Virus record (IMG/VR): IMGVR_UViG_3300002835_000001
Span: 224,001-288,000 of that record
Source of the DNA: a virus
Lineage: Duplodnaviria; Caudoviricetes
DNA: 64,000 bases
Direction: 5' to 3' (one strand)
The translations under genes and the position numbers were made by a program. The notes below the pieces were generated by a model that made no database searches, was not told where the DNA came from, and saw only the letters and a program-made list of their open reading frames with translations. Positions within the stretch are counted from its first letter, which is position 1; the number at the start of each line of letters is the position of its first letter. Shown here piece after piece: positions 9,805 through 19,246 of this stretch.

Positions 9805-10543
9805 GACCATTTTTTAATTCTGTTAATCTGTAGTAGTTGTACTTAGATGTTGTCATTTGACTAACTTCATCTTTTACTTTATTTAGTTTAGTGGTTAAAT
9901 CGGGGTCGTTCGATTCACTTAAAAGTGTAGATACCTGATTAATGATTGATTCTTGTAATTCATTGCTCTTAGTAATTAAATCATCATAAGAAATTGATAA
10001 AATATTTTTTAATTCTTCTTTTTGTGATTCTGATAATGTGTTAGAATATAATACGTTAAAATTGTTTGCTAATACCGCTTGTAGTAATGTTTCGTTAGGA
10101 ACAACAGTCGAATCTTTAGATTCTTTAATTTCCTTTTTAGTTGTTAAATGTTCTACTAATTTCTTTTTTGCAATAACTTTCTTTTCAATATTTGATAATG
10201 AATCTTTTTCTGATAACATATCTAAAGATTCATATAATTCTTTAGTTTCGATTTCAACCTCACCTAATTTAGTATTTAAAGATTCACAAAACATATTTAA
10301 ACTATCCCAATTACCTATTGGTTGACCAAAATATGTATTTAATCCCTCAACATATAATTTTGCTGTTTCTTTATCCTCAATATATTTGTTTTCAATTTCT
10401 TCGTAAAACAAGTACATTTCTTTAAAGTCTTTGTTTTCTTTGATTGTGGCTAATATATTCTTAATTTCTGTCTTATTTTCATTTGCATAAGATTCAGTCA
10501 ATTTGTTTAATAATTTAGATTTAAGTGCCCCAAATTTGTTCAT
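9797..10543 (-). CDS. Hypothetical helical protein in head module
   Basis: 248 aa ORF directly downstream of portal. Confidence 0.65.
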   Translation of the reverse strand: MNKFGALKSKLLNKLTESYANENKTEIKNILATIKENKDFKEMYLFYEEIENKYIEDKETAKLYVEGLNTYFGQPIGNWDSLNMFCESLNTKLGEVEIETKELYESLDMLSEKDSLSNIEKKVIAKKKLVEHLTTKKEIKESKDSTVVPNETLLQAVLANNFNVLYSNTLSESQKEELKNILSISYDDLITKSNELQESIINQVSTLLSESNDPDLTTKLNKVKDEVSQMTTSKYNYYRLTELKNGLN

Positions 10544-10545
10544 TT

Positions 10546-12357
10546 TTAGTCGTTTAAAATATCGTTCAATTTATTTTCTATTTCATAAATATTCTGTTGT
10601 GCCTTTTCCATGTCAAACAAAACATTAAAATCTTCTTTTTCTTCACCTAACATACCTAATATTTTTGATTTTTTAGATGTTGCTTCACTTAAAGGAGCTT
10701 CTCCTCCTCCACCCGCCGCTGGAGGTGGTGGTATTCCTCCCATGTCTCCACCAGCACCCTCACCTCCGGATGCTGCTGCTTCTGCTGCCGCTCTCTCCTC
10801 TTCAGGAATTCCATATTTCTTATCAACCTCATCAAATACACCAGAACGTTTAATAATAAGTTGACTATTTTGTAATTCAAAACCTACCGCTCTTTCTAAA
10901 CGTTGTTGTTGTAAATCAAGTAATACCTCACTATCACTCATACCTAAGATATTTTTCTTAGCCCATGTATGTGATACTGGTAAGATACCTACTTGAGATT
11001 GATCAGATGTCGCATCTTTGTAAAGAGTAATCTTTTCCTTCCATGTTTCAATCTTTAATAAATCTGATTGCTGTGATGGGTTAGTTAACGATAATGAAAA
11101 ACTATTTAAATCATCTTCTAATCCTAATAAATAAAGATGCATTAATGCAATTTTATTTAATTCTTGAATTAACGATTTTTGTATTTTATTGATTGTTCTT
11201 GCAAAACGAATATCCATCAATGCAAGATTCTTACCATCACCAACAACTTCTTCAAAACCTAAGAAAGCTTTAGGGATACGTAAAGCCGCCAATAATTTCT
11301 TTTGAATATATTCAATATCTGCAATTTCGCCCAAGTTCTGAGCTCCTGGTAATGTTTCGATTGGATTTGTTTGTGACGGGTCACGAACAGGTATGAAATA
11401 ATCTTGGTCTACAGCCATTTGATTGTATCTCATATCCACGTTACCATTACGTGGGTCTTGTATTTGGTCTCTTTTAAATTTATTGGCAACACGTTGTACA
11501 TATGGTTCAATATCTTTATCGTCCATATTACCAACAAACACCTTGAACACACGTCTTTCAGGTGCTCTTGATGTTCTATAAATTAACATTGCATCTTCAG
11601 CAAGTAAAAGTTGTTTCCAAATTCTTCTAATCTTATCTAACATAGAAGTACCATATGGTAACTTTCTATCGTCACCCAATAATCTAAAGTGAGCAACTTC
11701 CCAAGCTTGGAATTCCATATCTTTGTTCTTCCAAGTAAATCTTAATTCTCTTGTTGGTAGTTTTAAATCAGAACTTTGATTTGGACTTTTTCCTGTTGCA
11801 CCCTCTAACCTCTCTATTTCAATATTCGGTAATTGTTGGCAACCAATAATACCCTTTTCTGGATCAATTTTTAAATAAACAAAATCGTCACCATACTTAC
11901 AAAGACCTCTTGCCCACATTTGTAAATTGGTATTTATATCTAACTTATTATTAAATAAGTCCACTAAAATACTTTTAACTCTATCTGATTCTGAATATAT
12001 GGTTAATATTTCACCCTTTTCGGACATTGTTGTAGATTCTTCAGCGTATATGTCTAACGACGCTGAAATTTCAGGAGTAAACTCCATAGACTCGTAGTCA
12101 TAATATGCTGCCAATCTATTTGGTTCGTAATAAACAGATTGATTATAAACCGATTGGTCTAACTTGGTCCATTTATCTGCAATGTATTGCGATTGTTGTG
12201 CTTGCAACATCGCCTTTTCGTAGTCTTCTCTACTATCTGTTTTTAATAACTCATCTTTGTTAAAATTAAAAGATGGTGTTTTATCCTTAATCGATTGACC
12301 CGGATAACCAAACATTCTTGTTAGTTTCTGAAAGACGGTGTAATTCTGTTCTGCCAT
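10546..12357 (-). CDS. Portal protein, T4 gp20-like
   Basis: Y..MEFTPEISASLDIYAEE, EDAMLIYRTSRAPERRVFKV.VGNM, DYFIP.R, IETLPG. Confidence 0.96.
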   Translation of the reverse strand: MAEQNYTVFQKLTRMFGYPGQSIKDKTPSFNFNKDELLKTDSREDYEKAMLQAQQSQYIADKWTKLDQSVYNQSVYYEPNRLAAYYDYESMEFTPEISASLDIYAEESTTMSEKGEILTIYSESDRVKSILVDLFNNKLDINTNLQMWARGLCKYGDDFVYLKIDPEKGIIGCQQLPNIEIERLEGATGKSPNQSSDLKLPTRELRFTWKNKDMEFQAWEVAHFRLLGDDRKLPYGTSMLDKIRRIWKQLLLAEDAMLIYRTSRAPERRVFKVFVGNMDDKDIEPYVQRVANKFKRDQIQDPRNGNVDMRYNQMAVDQDYFIPVRDPSQTNPIETLPGAQNLGEIADIEYIQKKLLAALRIPKAFLGFEEVVGDGKNLALMDIRFARTINKIQKSLIQELNKIALMHLYLLGLEDDLNSFSLSLTNPSQQSDLLKIETWKEKITLYKDATSDQSQVGILPVSHTWAKKNILGMSDSEVLLDLQQQRLERAVGFELQNSQLIIKRSGVFDEVDKKYGIPEEERAAAEAAASGGEGAGGDMGGIPPPPAAGGGGEAPLSEATSKKSKILGMLGEEKEDFNVLFDMEKAQQNIYEIENKLNDILND

Positions 12358-12410
12358 ATCTATAAATACTTTTCTTTATAATATAAACTAAATTATTAGT
12401 AATTGGAACA

Positions 12411-14186
12411 TTATTTTGATCTTCCAAATAACCAATTATATTCTTGATATTGGTTCTTACCGGGTACGTTACGTATATCTTTAAATGCTGGATTATCGTC
12501 AAACCCCATTGATCCTATTTGGTCGAAAGCGGTCCCATATGAGTAAAAAGACTTATTTGGTTCGTATGTACGTTCACTCATTGTCCAAGAATCTAACATT
12601 GCTTTGTTAGCATTTTCATTCTTTTGTAATAAGTTAAAAGATACGTCTGCAGCGTATAATGCCATTGACATACCCATAATGGCATCATCGTGTGAACCTT
12701 TCATATGGTCAGGTCTTCCATTCATGTAAACAAACGTATTGAGTTCGTTTAATAATCTTGCAGATCTAACAATAAATCCCTTCCTAAGTTGCTCTTCAAA
12801 TGCGGCAACAATTTGAGTTCTTTTATTATTGAAGTTAAGTCCTGGTATTTTCTCCATCGCTTTGGCGTTATAGTCCCAAATGTTTTGAGTATTAACTCCT
12901 TCAATGTAAACATTCTTATAGTTTAACTCAGTTAATTTTCTTGATGTGGCAACACCCATACCACCTGTAATATCCGTAACAATAAACGCATTACCATATA
13001 AAATAGCCCATTTATATGCAACGGCAGCTAAATCATCAGGAGGTATTTTACCAATATATTCCGCAACCTGTTCTCTATCATCAAAATCAATAATTGATAT
13101 TGCTGAAAAATCCTCACTATCTCCTCTACTCACATCCACCCCCATAATATAACGATGACCGATGATTGGTTCTTTCCATTGCCAAAATGTGGCTTGCATG
13201 TATTTTTCAATTGGTTCTCTTATCATGTTCTTAGCAATATTCTCTTGAATATCGCCAGGAATAACACCATCTCCCGAACCTAAGAAATCACATTCCAACT
13301 CCTGAGCTATCTTACGTCTATCATATTTAAATTTCTTAGACATTGACTCAAACCAAGATGAAAATGGTTTATAACCGTCTTCTAAAAGTTTTAGATATTC
13401 TTTCATGTCAAAATCATGTAGAACAACTTCATCATCATTATATTGTTCTCTATTTAACATGTAATGACAGATGTCTTGACATTTTATCCAACGTAAATCT
13501 TTGGTGTAACGAGGGTCTTTAAACCATCTTAAATCGGTTATATGGAAATCATTGATTCCACGTAATGCTTGGTCGTAAACACCATAATAGATGGGGTCGT
13601 AACCATTTGGAGTTGAGATAAGAATAATCTTACCACCCGTTGATAGGGACGCCATAGAGGCCGCCCAAAAATCATCTCCCGCTTCAATGTATGCCGCCTC
13701 ATCAAATACAAGTATGGTAGGTGTGTAACCACGAAGGGCATCCGCTGATGTTGCAACCGCCTTAACCTCACATCCATTGTTTAATCTAAATCTACTTTCT
13801 GAGTTTTTATCGGGTGAGAACCCAACATTAATCCATTCAGGCCATTGTTCTAAGAAATGTCTAACCTTATTAGCCATCTCCACCGCAGTATCACGTTTGT
13901 TCGCAATAAGTAGAACTCTCTCAGGATTATCTGGTTTTGCTAATTGTAATTTTTTTGATAACCAAGCAGCCGTTACTGTTGTAACACCGGCTTGTCTATA
14001 TTTTCTTGTAATATTTTCGTTGTAATCTTCGTAGTCCTGTATTAGTTGAATTTGGTCTTCAAATAAGTCCATTGGGACATATTTCTTCTGTGTATTATCA
14101 AATGTCTGTAAATACGTTCTAAGTGCATATGGGGTATCTTTTATAATCTTAGCATACTCCATTAATTGTTCTGCTCTACTATTCAT
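12411..14186 (-). CDS. Terminase large subunit, gp17-like
   Basis: KYRQAGVTT (Walker A), LVFDEAA (Walker B), LISTPNG, GVDVSRG, HDDAIM nuclease motifs. Confidence 0.96.
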   Translation of the reverse strand: MNSRAEQLMEYAKIIKDTPYALRTYLQTFDNTQKKYVPMDLFEDQIQLIQDYEDYNENITRKYRQAGVTTVTAAWLSKKLQLAKPDNPERVLLIANKRDTAVEMANKVRHFLEQWPEWINVGFSPDKNSESRFRLNNGCEVKAVATSADALRGYTPTILVFDEAAYIEAGDDFWAASMASLSTGGKIILISTPNGYDPIYYGVYDQALRGINDFHITDLRWFKDPRYTKDLRWIKCQDICHYMLNREQYNDDEVVLHDFDMKEYLKLLEDGYKPFSSWFESMSKKFKYDRRKIAQELECDFLGSGDGVIPGDIQENIAKNMIREPIEKYMQATFWQWKEPIIGHRYIMGVDVSRGDSEDFSAISIIDFDDREQVAEYIGKIPPDDLAAVAYKWAILYGNAFIVTDITGGMGVATSRKLTELNYKNVYIEGVNTQNIWDYNAKAMEKIPGLNFNNKRTQIVAAFEEQLRKGFIVRSARLLNELNTFVYMNGRPDHMKGSHDDAIMGMSMALYAADVSFNLLQKNENANKAMLDSWTMSERTYEPNKSFYSYGTAFDQIGSMGFDDNPAFKDIRNVPGKNQYQEYNWLFGRSK

Positions 14187-14198
14187 ATATATAAATAC

Positions 14199-14225
14199 AA
14201 AAAAAGGTGGTTAAAACCACCTTTT
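14199..14225 (-). terminator. Intrinsic terminator
   Basis: A7-GGTGG-ttaaaa-CCACC-T4. Confidence 0.65.
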
Positions 14226-14228
14226 CAA

Positions 14229-15425
14229 TTATTCATCGTCATCGTCATATGTTGACATACTATCATCGTAGTAATTTTTATTAATATCTTTCCTAATGGA
14301 ATCATAATAATCTTTAATCATTTTTTCACCTTTTGAAGTCTTTCCTATTACTTCTTTCATCATTGTTAAAAACTCTTTAGCTTCTAATGTGTAAAGGCTA
14401 GATAAAAAATATGATTGTAAACCTTCTTCATTTTCATCAATAACAACTTCATCGGGTAACATACCTCTTACTCTATTCCATATTGATGGTCCTAATCTTA
14501 AATCCCACATTTCTTTGTCCATAGTGTCTTCATAACCTGAAACCTTATTCCATAACTCCTCATCAAAATCACCATTTTCATCTCTTGGTCTTCCGTGTAC
14601 TGCAAGTAATTCTAAATAACCTTTTATACATTCATGAACGGCAACAGGAAAATTCTGTGCTCGTACTTTAATGATTGGTGGTTCCCCTTGTTCAATTTCT
14701 TCGGTGCCAGCAACTTGTCCCGATTTACCCATTTGTGACAAAAATATATCAGGAAATTGCCAATAAGTCGTGTCATTTATTGACATCATAACACCATATA
14801 AATCTAAAATAGTTTCACTTTTAGTTATATCTAAAATCTCCTCACTAACCAAATGATACGAATAATGACCTTTTTTAGATGCTCCCTGACTAATTGCATT
14901 AATTAATCTTCGTTTAGCTCTTTCTAAATTTAATCTTTCAAAATCACCATCAATCTCATTATCTAAATCAACCTGAGGTATTTGGATAGTTTCTTCATCA
15001 TCCATATTAAAATTATCCGTAGATATACTGCTACCATCAACAATTTTTACATCCCATTGAATTGAATCTTTTGGTATATGAAATTCATTCATAACTAATT
15101 TGATTGCTAATTGTTCCAGTTCGGGTCTAACATTCCTTTCAATTCTAATAATCTCAAAGTGAGATCTCATCATAAATGAGGAGAATTCACTATATTGTGA
15201 TTTGTTATTTAAATTTATTTTATTTGGATAATGTGGACCTAAATAATGATTAACATTAGATATAACTTCTTGATATCTTTCTGATGCCAATAACTCTTGA
15301 AAGTTTTGTTCTTGTGAATTTTCACAAATTGGCATAGGTATTTTAGTTAATGAAGTGTCTTCATTTTTTAATTTATGTTGTAAACCTCTATCGGGTCTAT
15401 CAACACTTGAGAAATTCATTGCCAT
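14229..15425 (-). CDS. Hypothetical protein
   Basis: 398 aa ORF, no recognised motif. Confidence 0.65.
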   Translation of the reverse strand: MAMNFSSVDRPDRGLQHKLKNEDTSLTKIPMPICENSQEQNFQELLASERYQEVISNVNHYLGPHYPNKINLNNKSQYSEFSSFMMRSHFEIIRIERNVRPELEQLAIKLVMNEFHIPKDSIQWDVKIVDGSSISTDNFNMDDEETIQIPQVDLDNEIDGDFERLNLERAKRRLINAISQGASKKGHYSYHLVSEEILDITKSETILDLYGVMMSINDTTYWQFPDIFLSQMGKSGQVAGTEEIEQGEPPIIKVRAQNFPVAVHECIKGYLELLAVHGRPRDENGDFDEELWNKVSGYEDTMDKEMWDLRLGPSIWNRVRGMLPDEVVIDENEEGLQSYFLSSLYTLEAKEFLTMMKEVIGKTSKGEKMIKDYYDSIRKDINKNYYDDSMSTYDDDDE

Positions 15426-15478
15426 ACGTTTAAATTATATTAAGGCTAATATAAGATTTATTTCTTATAATACCTAAT

Positions 15479-16081
15479 TTAAACCTTACTTTTCTCAGCT
15501 TTTGGTTTTGGTTTTGTAAATGGACCCGGTTGATTTGGGTTATGAGGTTTCGGTTTTGTACCTGGCGTAACCTTTGGTTTAGATGGTTTTGTCTCAACAT
15601 CACCATCTGATGAAGATTCATAGGTCATAAATTCAGGAACATCGTTATGTCCAATATTAACGTTTGGACCCGCCTCTTGTAATTTAAATTGTATCATTTC
15701 CATAATTTCATTTTTAGATGTGAAACTATGATAGTTATTTTCCGCTAAAGATTCAACCCATTCTTTAACTTCTTTGTCTTTTGTATCTGTTTTAACTGAT
15801 TTTTTTTTCTTTTGACCCTTTAATATTTTAAAATCTTGTCCATCAATTTTACCATTGTGGTTCTTGTCTAATTTCTTTTGATTACCTTTTAAGTCCTCTT
15901 TTACCTCAACTTCAATATTTGGGTCGTTCGCAATTGCTTGTAATTTGGGATCTCTTAATTTCTCAGCATCAATAACCATTCTTTCATGTAAATCAGAAAG
16001 TTGTTTATCGCTGAAATTAACTAACGTTTTTTCAGACATACCCTCACTTATTAACATCTTAACTAATTCTGACCTTTTCAT
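15479..16081 (-). CDS. Hypothetical, possibly prohead-core protein
   Basis: EF-hand-like DKNHNGKID, I/L-x-E motifs, Pro/Lys-rich tail. Confidence 0.55.
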   Translation of the reverse strand: MKRSELVKMLISEGMSEKTLVNFSDKQLSDLHERMVIDAEKLRDPKLQAIANDPNIEVEVKEDLKGNQKKLDKNHNGKIDGQDFKILKGQKKKKSVKTDTKDKEVKEWVESLAENNYHSFTSKNEIMEMIQFKLQEAGPNVNIGHNDVPEFMTYESSSDGDVETKPSKPKVTPGTKPKPHNPNQPGPFTKPKPKAEKSKV

Positions 16082-16479
16082 GATTCTTTAATTTTTAATT
16101 CTTCTTTTATTAAAAGATATTCTCTTTGTTTTAATTTTTTTGTTACACTTTCTAATGATTCACCAAATTTAAATGATATTCTCTCAAATTCGGAATCAAA
16201 ATTAAATTTTTCCCATCCCAACGCAACTACACCATCTACTGCATCAATAACTCCGAAATAATCGGAGTCTTGAATTAATTCTAAATGTAAATCGGTATCT
16301 TTTAATAATCCAACTAAATCAACGTATTCCACCTCAGGTGATTTTGGTTGAGATGTTGAGGAGGATGGGATAACAAACCATTCATCCATATCTATTTCTG
16401 TACTCTCACTAAAAATGAATTCGTATTGTTTTTGACCTTTATAGTCTGAACCAATTTCATTTATATAGATTAACTTCAT
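16078..16479 (-). CDS. Hypothetical protein
   Basis: 133 aa ORF with overlapping start/stop coupling. Confidence 0.6.
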   Translation of the reverse strand: MKLIYINEIGSDYKGQKQYEFIFSESTEIDMDEWFVIPSSSTSQPKSPEVEYVDLVGLLKDTDLHLELIQDSDYFGVIDAVDGVVALGWEKFNFDSEFERISFKFGESLESVTKKLKQREYLLIKEELKIKES

Positions 16480-17543
16480 TATTTGAAATATTTTCCTAAT
16501 GTTGTTTGAATACTATTGTTAATCTCCTTTTTCATTTCTTCCAAATCTAACTCAACTTCCTCATCCATAGGTTCTTCTATTGGATGACTATCTTCACCAA
16601 AGTCTACTCGAACATTTTCAGAAAAGTCTACATTAACATCTTCCTCCATTTCTAAATCAGCATAATCCGCTAAACTAGTCTCTTCAGTATCAAAATCCGA
16701 CGAAGAGTTTATAAAATTTTCTAACGCATCCATTGTTGTGTCATATCCTTCACCAATTTCAGAATCTACAGGTTCTTCCGCAGATACCTCATCTTCAGGT
16801 GACGGCTCTTCAGAAGGAACTTCTTCGCCATCTTGTTTTTCGTCACGTTCAAATTTCTTAGCAATATCTTCAATATCATCATCTTCTAACTTATCTAAAT
16901 TAACAGCAGAAATAATCATATTAAGAACATATTTTATATCATCACTTTCCATTGATTCGTGTTGGTCTCTTAATTCTTGACCTAACTTACCTGCAAATTT
17001 TTGTACTTCCGCCATGTAACTTGATCTTTTTCCTGATGCATCGTCTTCACCATCTACAGGTGCTTCCGGTGCTGGTTCTTCAGCTGGTACTTCAGGTGAT
17101 GGTTCTTCAGATGGTACTTCAGGTGCCGGTTCTTCAGCTGGCGTAGGTATAGGAGCGTTTGCTGCCGGATCACTCATAGGAGATTCACTTTTAGGTGAAC
17201 TTGGTTTTAAAACGTATTTCGTTGCCTCTTGTAATTCTTCCTGTCCTTTTAATAGGTCTAATCTTTTAAACGCTTCAGAGTATGATGAAAATTTGTTTTT
17301 GTTTTTCATGAACATACCACCAATATAATCAAGTGATGATTCATTTAATCCTCTTTTAACGTAGTATCCGTCTTTTTCTTTAACGATACCAAAAAATCCA
17401 CCCGTTGTGGATTCCTTTACTAATTCTGGTTTTACAGAAGAAGACTTTTTATTATTTTGATTAAAGTAAGTTAATTCGAGAATTCTTTTTAATTTCTCGT
17501 CGCCATTAAGCTTCTCACTTCCTAGAGGTTTGATGTCTGCCAT
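16479..17543 (-). CDS. Acidic Pro/Glu-repeat protein, possibly prohead/internal
   Basis: EEP(A/S)PE(V/A)P repeats; ATAAATA on plus strand (minus-strand TATTTAT) upstream near 17578. Confidence 0.6.
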   Translation of the reverse strand: MADIKPLGSEKLNGDEKLKRILELTYFNQNNKKSSSVKPELVKESTTGGFFGIVKEKDGYYVKRGLNESSLDYIGGMFMKNKNKFSSYSEAFKRLDLLKGQEELQEATKYVLKPSSPKSESPMSDPAANAPIPTPAEEPAPEVPSEEPSPEVPAEEPAPEAPVDGEDDASGKRSSYMAEVQKFAGKLGQELRDQHESMESDDIKYVLNMIISAVNLDKLEDDDIEDIAKKFERDEKQDGEEVPSEEPSPEDEVSAEEPVDSEIGEGYDTTMDALENFINSSSDFDTEETSLADYADLEMEEDVNVDFSENVRVDFGEDSHPIEEPMDEEVELDLEEMKKEINNSIQTTLGKYFK

Positions 17544-17613
17544 TGTTTTTATATTAAGATAAACTTATTCTTATCCTATAAATACATAGATATAGGGAAA
17601 AAAATAAGGTTCT

Positions 17614-18387
17614 TTATTGTGTTATGGACAATTTTTTGTTTGAAATGTCCGTTTTTAGTTTTAAAAGTTTCTCTATATATCCGTTTCTTCGAAGTAATTT
17701 GAAGGTTAAGTTCTCATATGAGTACTCTCCTCCTGATTCAAGACCACTTTGTCTAAACTCTTTAATTTTACTTCTTAGTGTTTCAATATCTGAAGTTACG
17801 TCTTTTTTACTACCTAATTTAATAAGTCTATCTATTTTTTTTGCGTACTCTTCACCCTTTTCTAATATTTTTCTATCGTCAATATTAGCCTGTTCCTTTT
17901 TAGGTTCAATAACCCATTCGTTATTTAAAATAGAATAAACACCAGATGAAATGTGTTCCTCATTAACATCTTGTACGTATATTTCAACATCATACCCCTT
18001 TATTTTGATGTCGTATTTTTCGTTCCATACGTTTTTCTTAGCATCAAAAAATTCTTTCAATATTGCATGAAAAGACGATGAGTTTTTATCTTTATTGATA
18101 CTATCAAAATCTATAAGAATGTGTAAATCAACGTCAGAATATTGTGACCAATTATAGTTAGAAAGTGACCCCGTTAATACGATATCATGTATAAACACAT
18201 CAACATTCAAAGAGTCCACGAAATCATTTGTTATTACTAGTAATCTTTTTCTTATATCGTCTCGCATAGAAAAAGATTTACCACTAACCTCAAATATTTG
18301 GTCAGATAGTGAATCTTTAGGTTTAAAAGAACCTACGATTTTTTCGTCCTCACCCCTATCTTCAATTAATTCTTCAAATAAACTCAT
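17614..18387 (-). CDS. Pol-beta superfamily nucleotidyltransferase
   Basis: IVLTGSLSNYNWSQYSDVDLHI (GS..DxD) and a third acidic strand DVEIY. Confidence 0.85.
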   Translation of the reverse strand: MSLFEELIEDRGEDEKIVGSFKPKDSLSDQIFEVSGKSFSMRDDIRKRLLVITNDFVDSLNVDVFIHDIVLTGSLSNYNWSQYSDVDLHILIDFDSINKDKNSSSFHAILKEFFDAKKNVWNEKYDIKIKGYDVEIYVQDVNEEHISSGVYSILNNEWVIEPKKEQANIDDRKILEKGEEYAKKIDRLIKLGSKKDVTSDIETLRSKIKEFRQSGLESGGEYSYENLTFKLLRRNGYIEKLLKLKTDISNKKLSITQ

Positions 18388-18629
18388 CCTTTCTTTATGT
18401 ACTTATGACTTCTGGCGATATTCTCGTTGAAGTATTTTCCTTGTGATTCAGCAAGTCTAAACTTAGTGAACTTATTCCAAGGAACTTTATTATACTCATA
18501 AATAGCACCATTGTTAAAAGTTACCGTTAAGTCTTCCGTTTCGGTATTGAAAGATGCTGTCTTTAAATTAGATGAATTGATTATAACATCAATTACCTTT
18601 CCATTAATTGTTTCTGATATAATTGCCAT
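18384..18629 (-). CDS. KTSC domain protein; probable start 18629
   Basis: SSNL..ASF...L.V.F.NG..YEY..VP......A.SQGKYFN..I. Confidence 0.88.
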   Translation of the reverse strand: MAIISETINGKVIDVIINSSNLKTASFNTETEDLTVTFNNGAIYEYNKVPWNKFTKFRLAESQGKYFNENIARSHKYIKKG

Positions 18630-18673
18630 ATTTGATATTTTTAATGTTATAATATACATAATAAATATCAAAT

Positions 18674-18699
18674 AAAAAACCCTCGATAAATCGAGGGTT
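18674..18699 (-). terminator. Intrinsic terminator after hsp20
   Basis: A6-CCCTCGA-taaa-TCGAGGG. Confidence 0.7.
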
Positions 18700-18704
18700 C
18701 AATG

Positions 18705-19073
18705 TTAGTTAAGTGAAATCAACCTTTCAACTGATTTCTTTTTACTTTTAGGTAGAATAATTTCAATTACTCCATTTTCCACACCACCTACAATATTTTT
18801 CTCATCAACATCATCAGGTACGTTGTATGATTTTTTAAATGAATTAGTAAATGTGAATTCATCACCCTCTTTTTCATGTGATATGGTTAATTTACTTTCC
18901 TTTAATGATATTTTAACATCATCTTTAGAAAGTCCTGGAACCGATAATAGGACCTTATAACCATCTTCTGTTGTGGTAATGTTAGAGTTAATTCTGTTAT
19001 CCACCTTCAAGTAGGCTTCATCAAACACTTTATCAAAAGTGTTAAAAAACGGGTCTTTAAATAATGTAATCAT
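18705..19073 (-). CDS. Small heat-shock protein (Hsp20/alpha-crystallin)
   Basis: VPGLSKDDVKI..L.I, F.KSY.VP..VD...I...ENGV.EI.LPK. Confidence 0.92.
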   Translation of the reverse strand: MITLFKDPFFNTFDKVFDEAYLKVDNRINSNITTTEDGYKVLLSVPGLSKDDVKISLKESKLTISHEKEGDEFTFTNSFKKSYNVPDDVDEKNIVGGVENGVIEIILPKSKKKSVERLISLN

Positions 19074-19246
19074 AGTTTTGTTTTTTTTATTTTACATATT
19101 ATTAATTTTTCATTTTACAAATTGCAAACCAAACGTCTAAAACTGACATTTAGACATTCGTTAGACATTTTTTTAGACATTTTGACATTTATTTGTTTTT
19201 TAGAATGAAATGTGTTATGTTTGTAGAAACTAAACGTAAAAATAGT

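Noticed and set aside
12411-14186. Intein or intron in terminase, portal or capsid genes
   Set aside because: Motifs are contiguous, lengths are ordinary, and no splicing motifs were evident.
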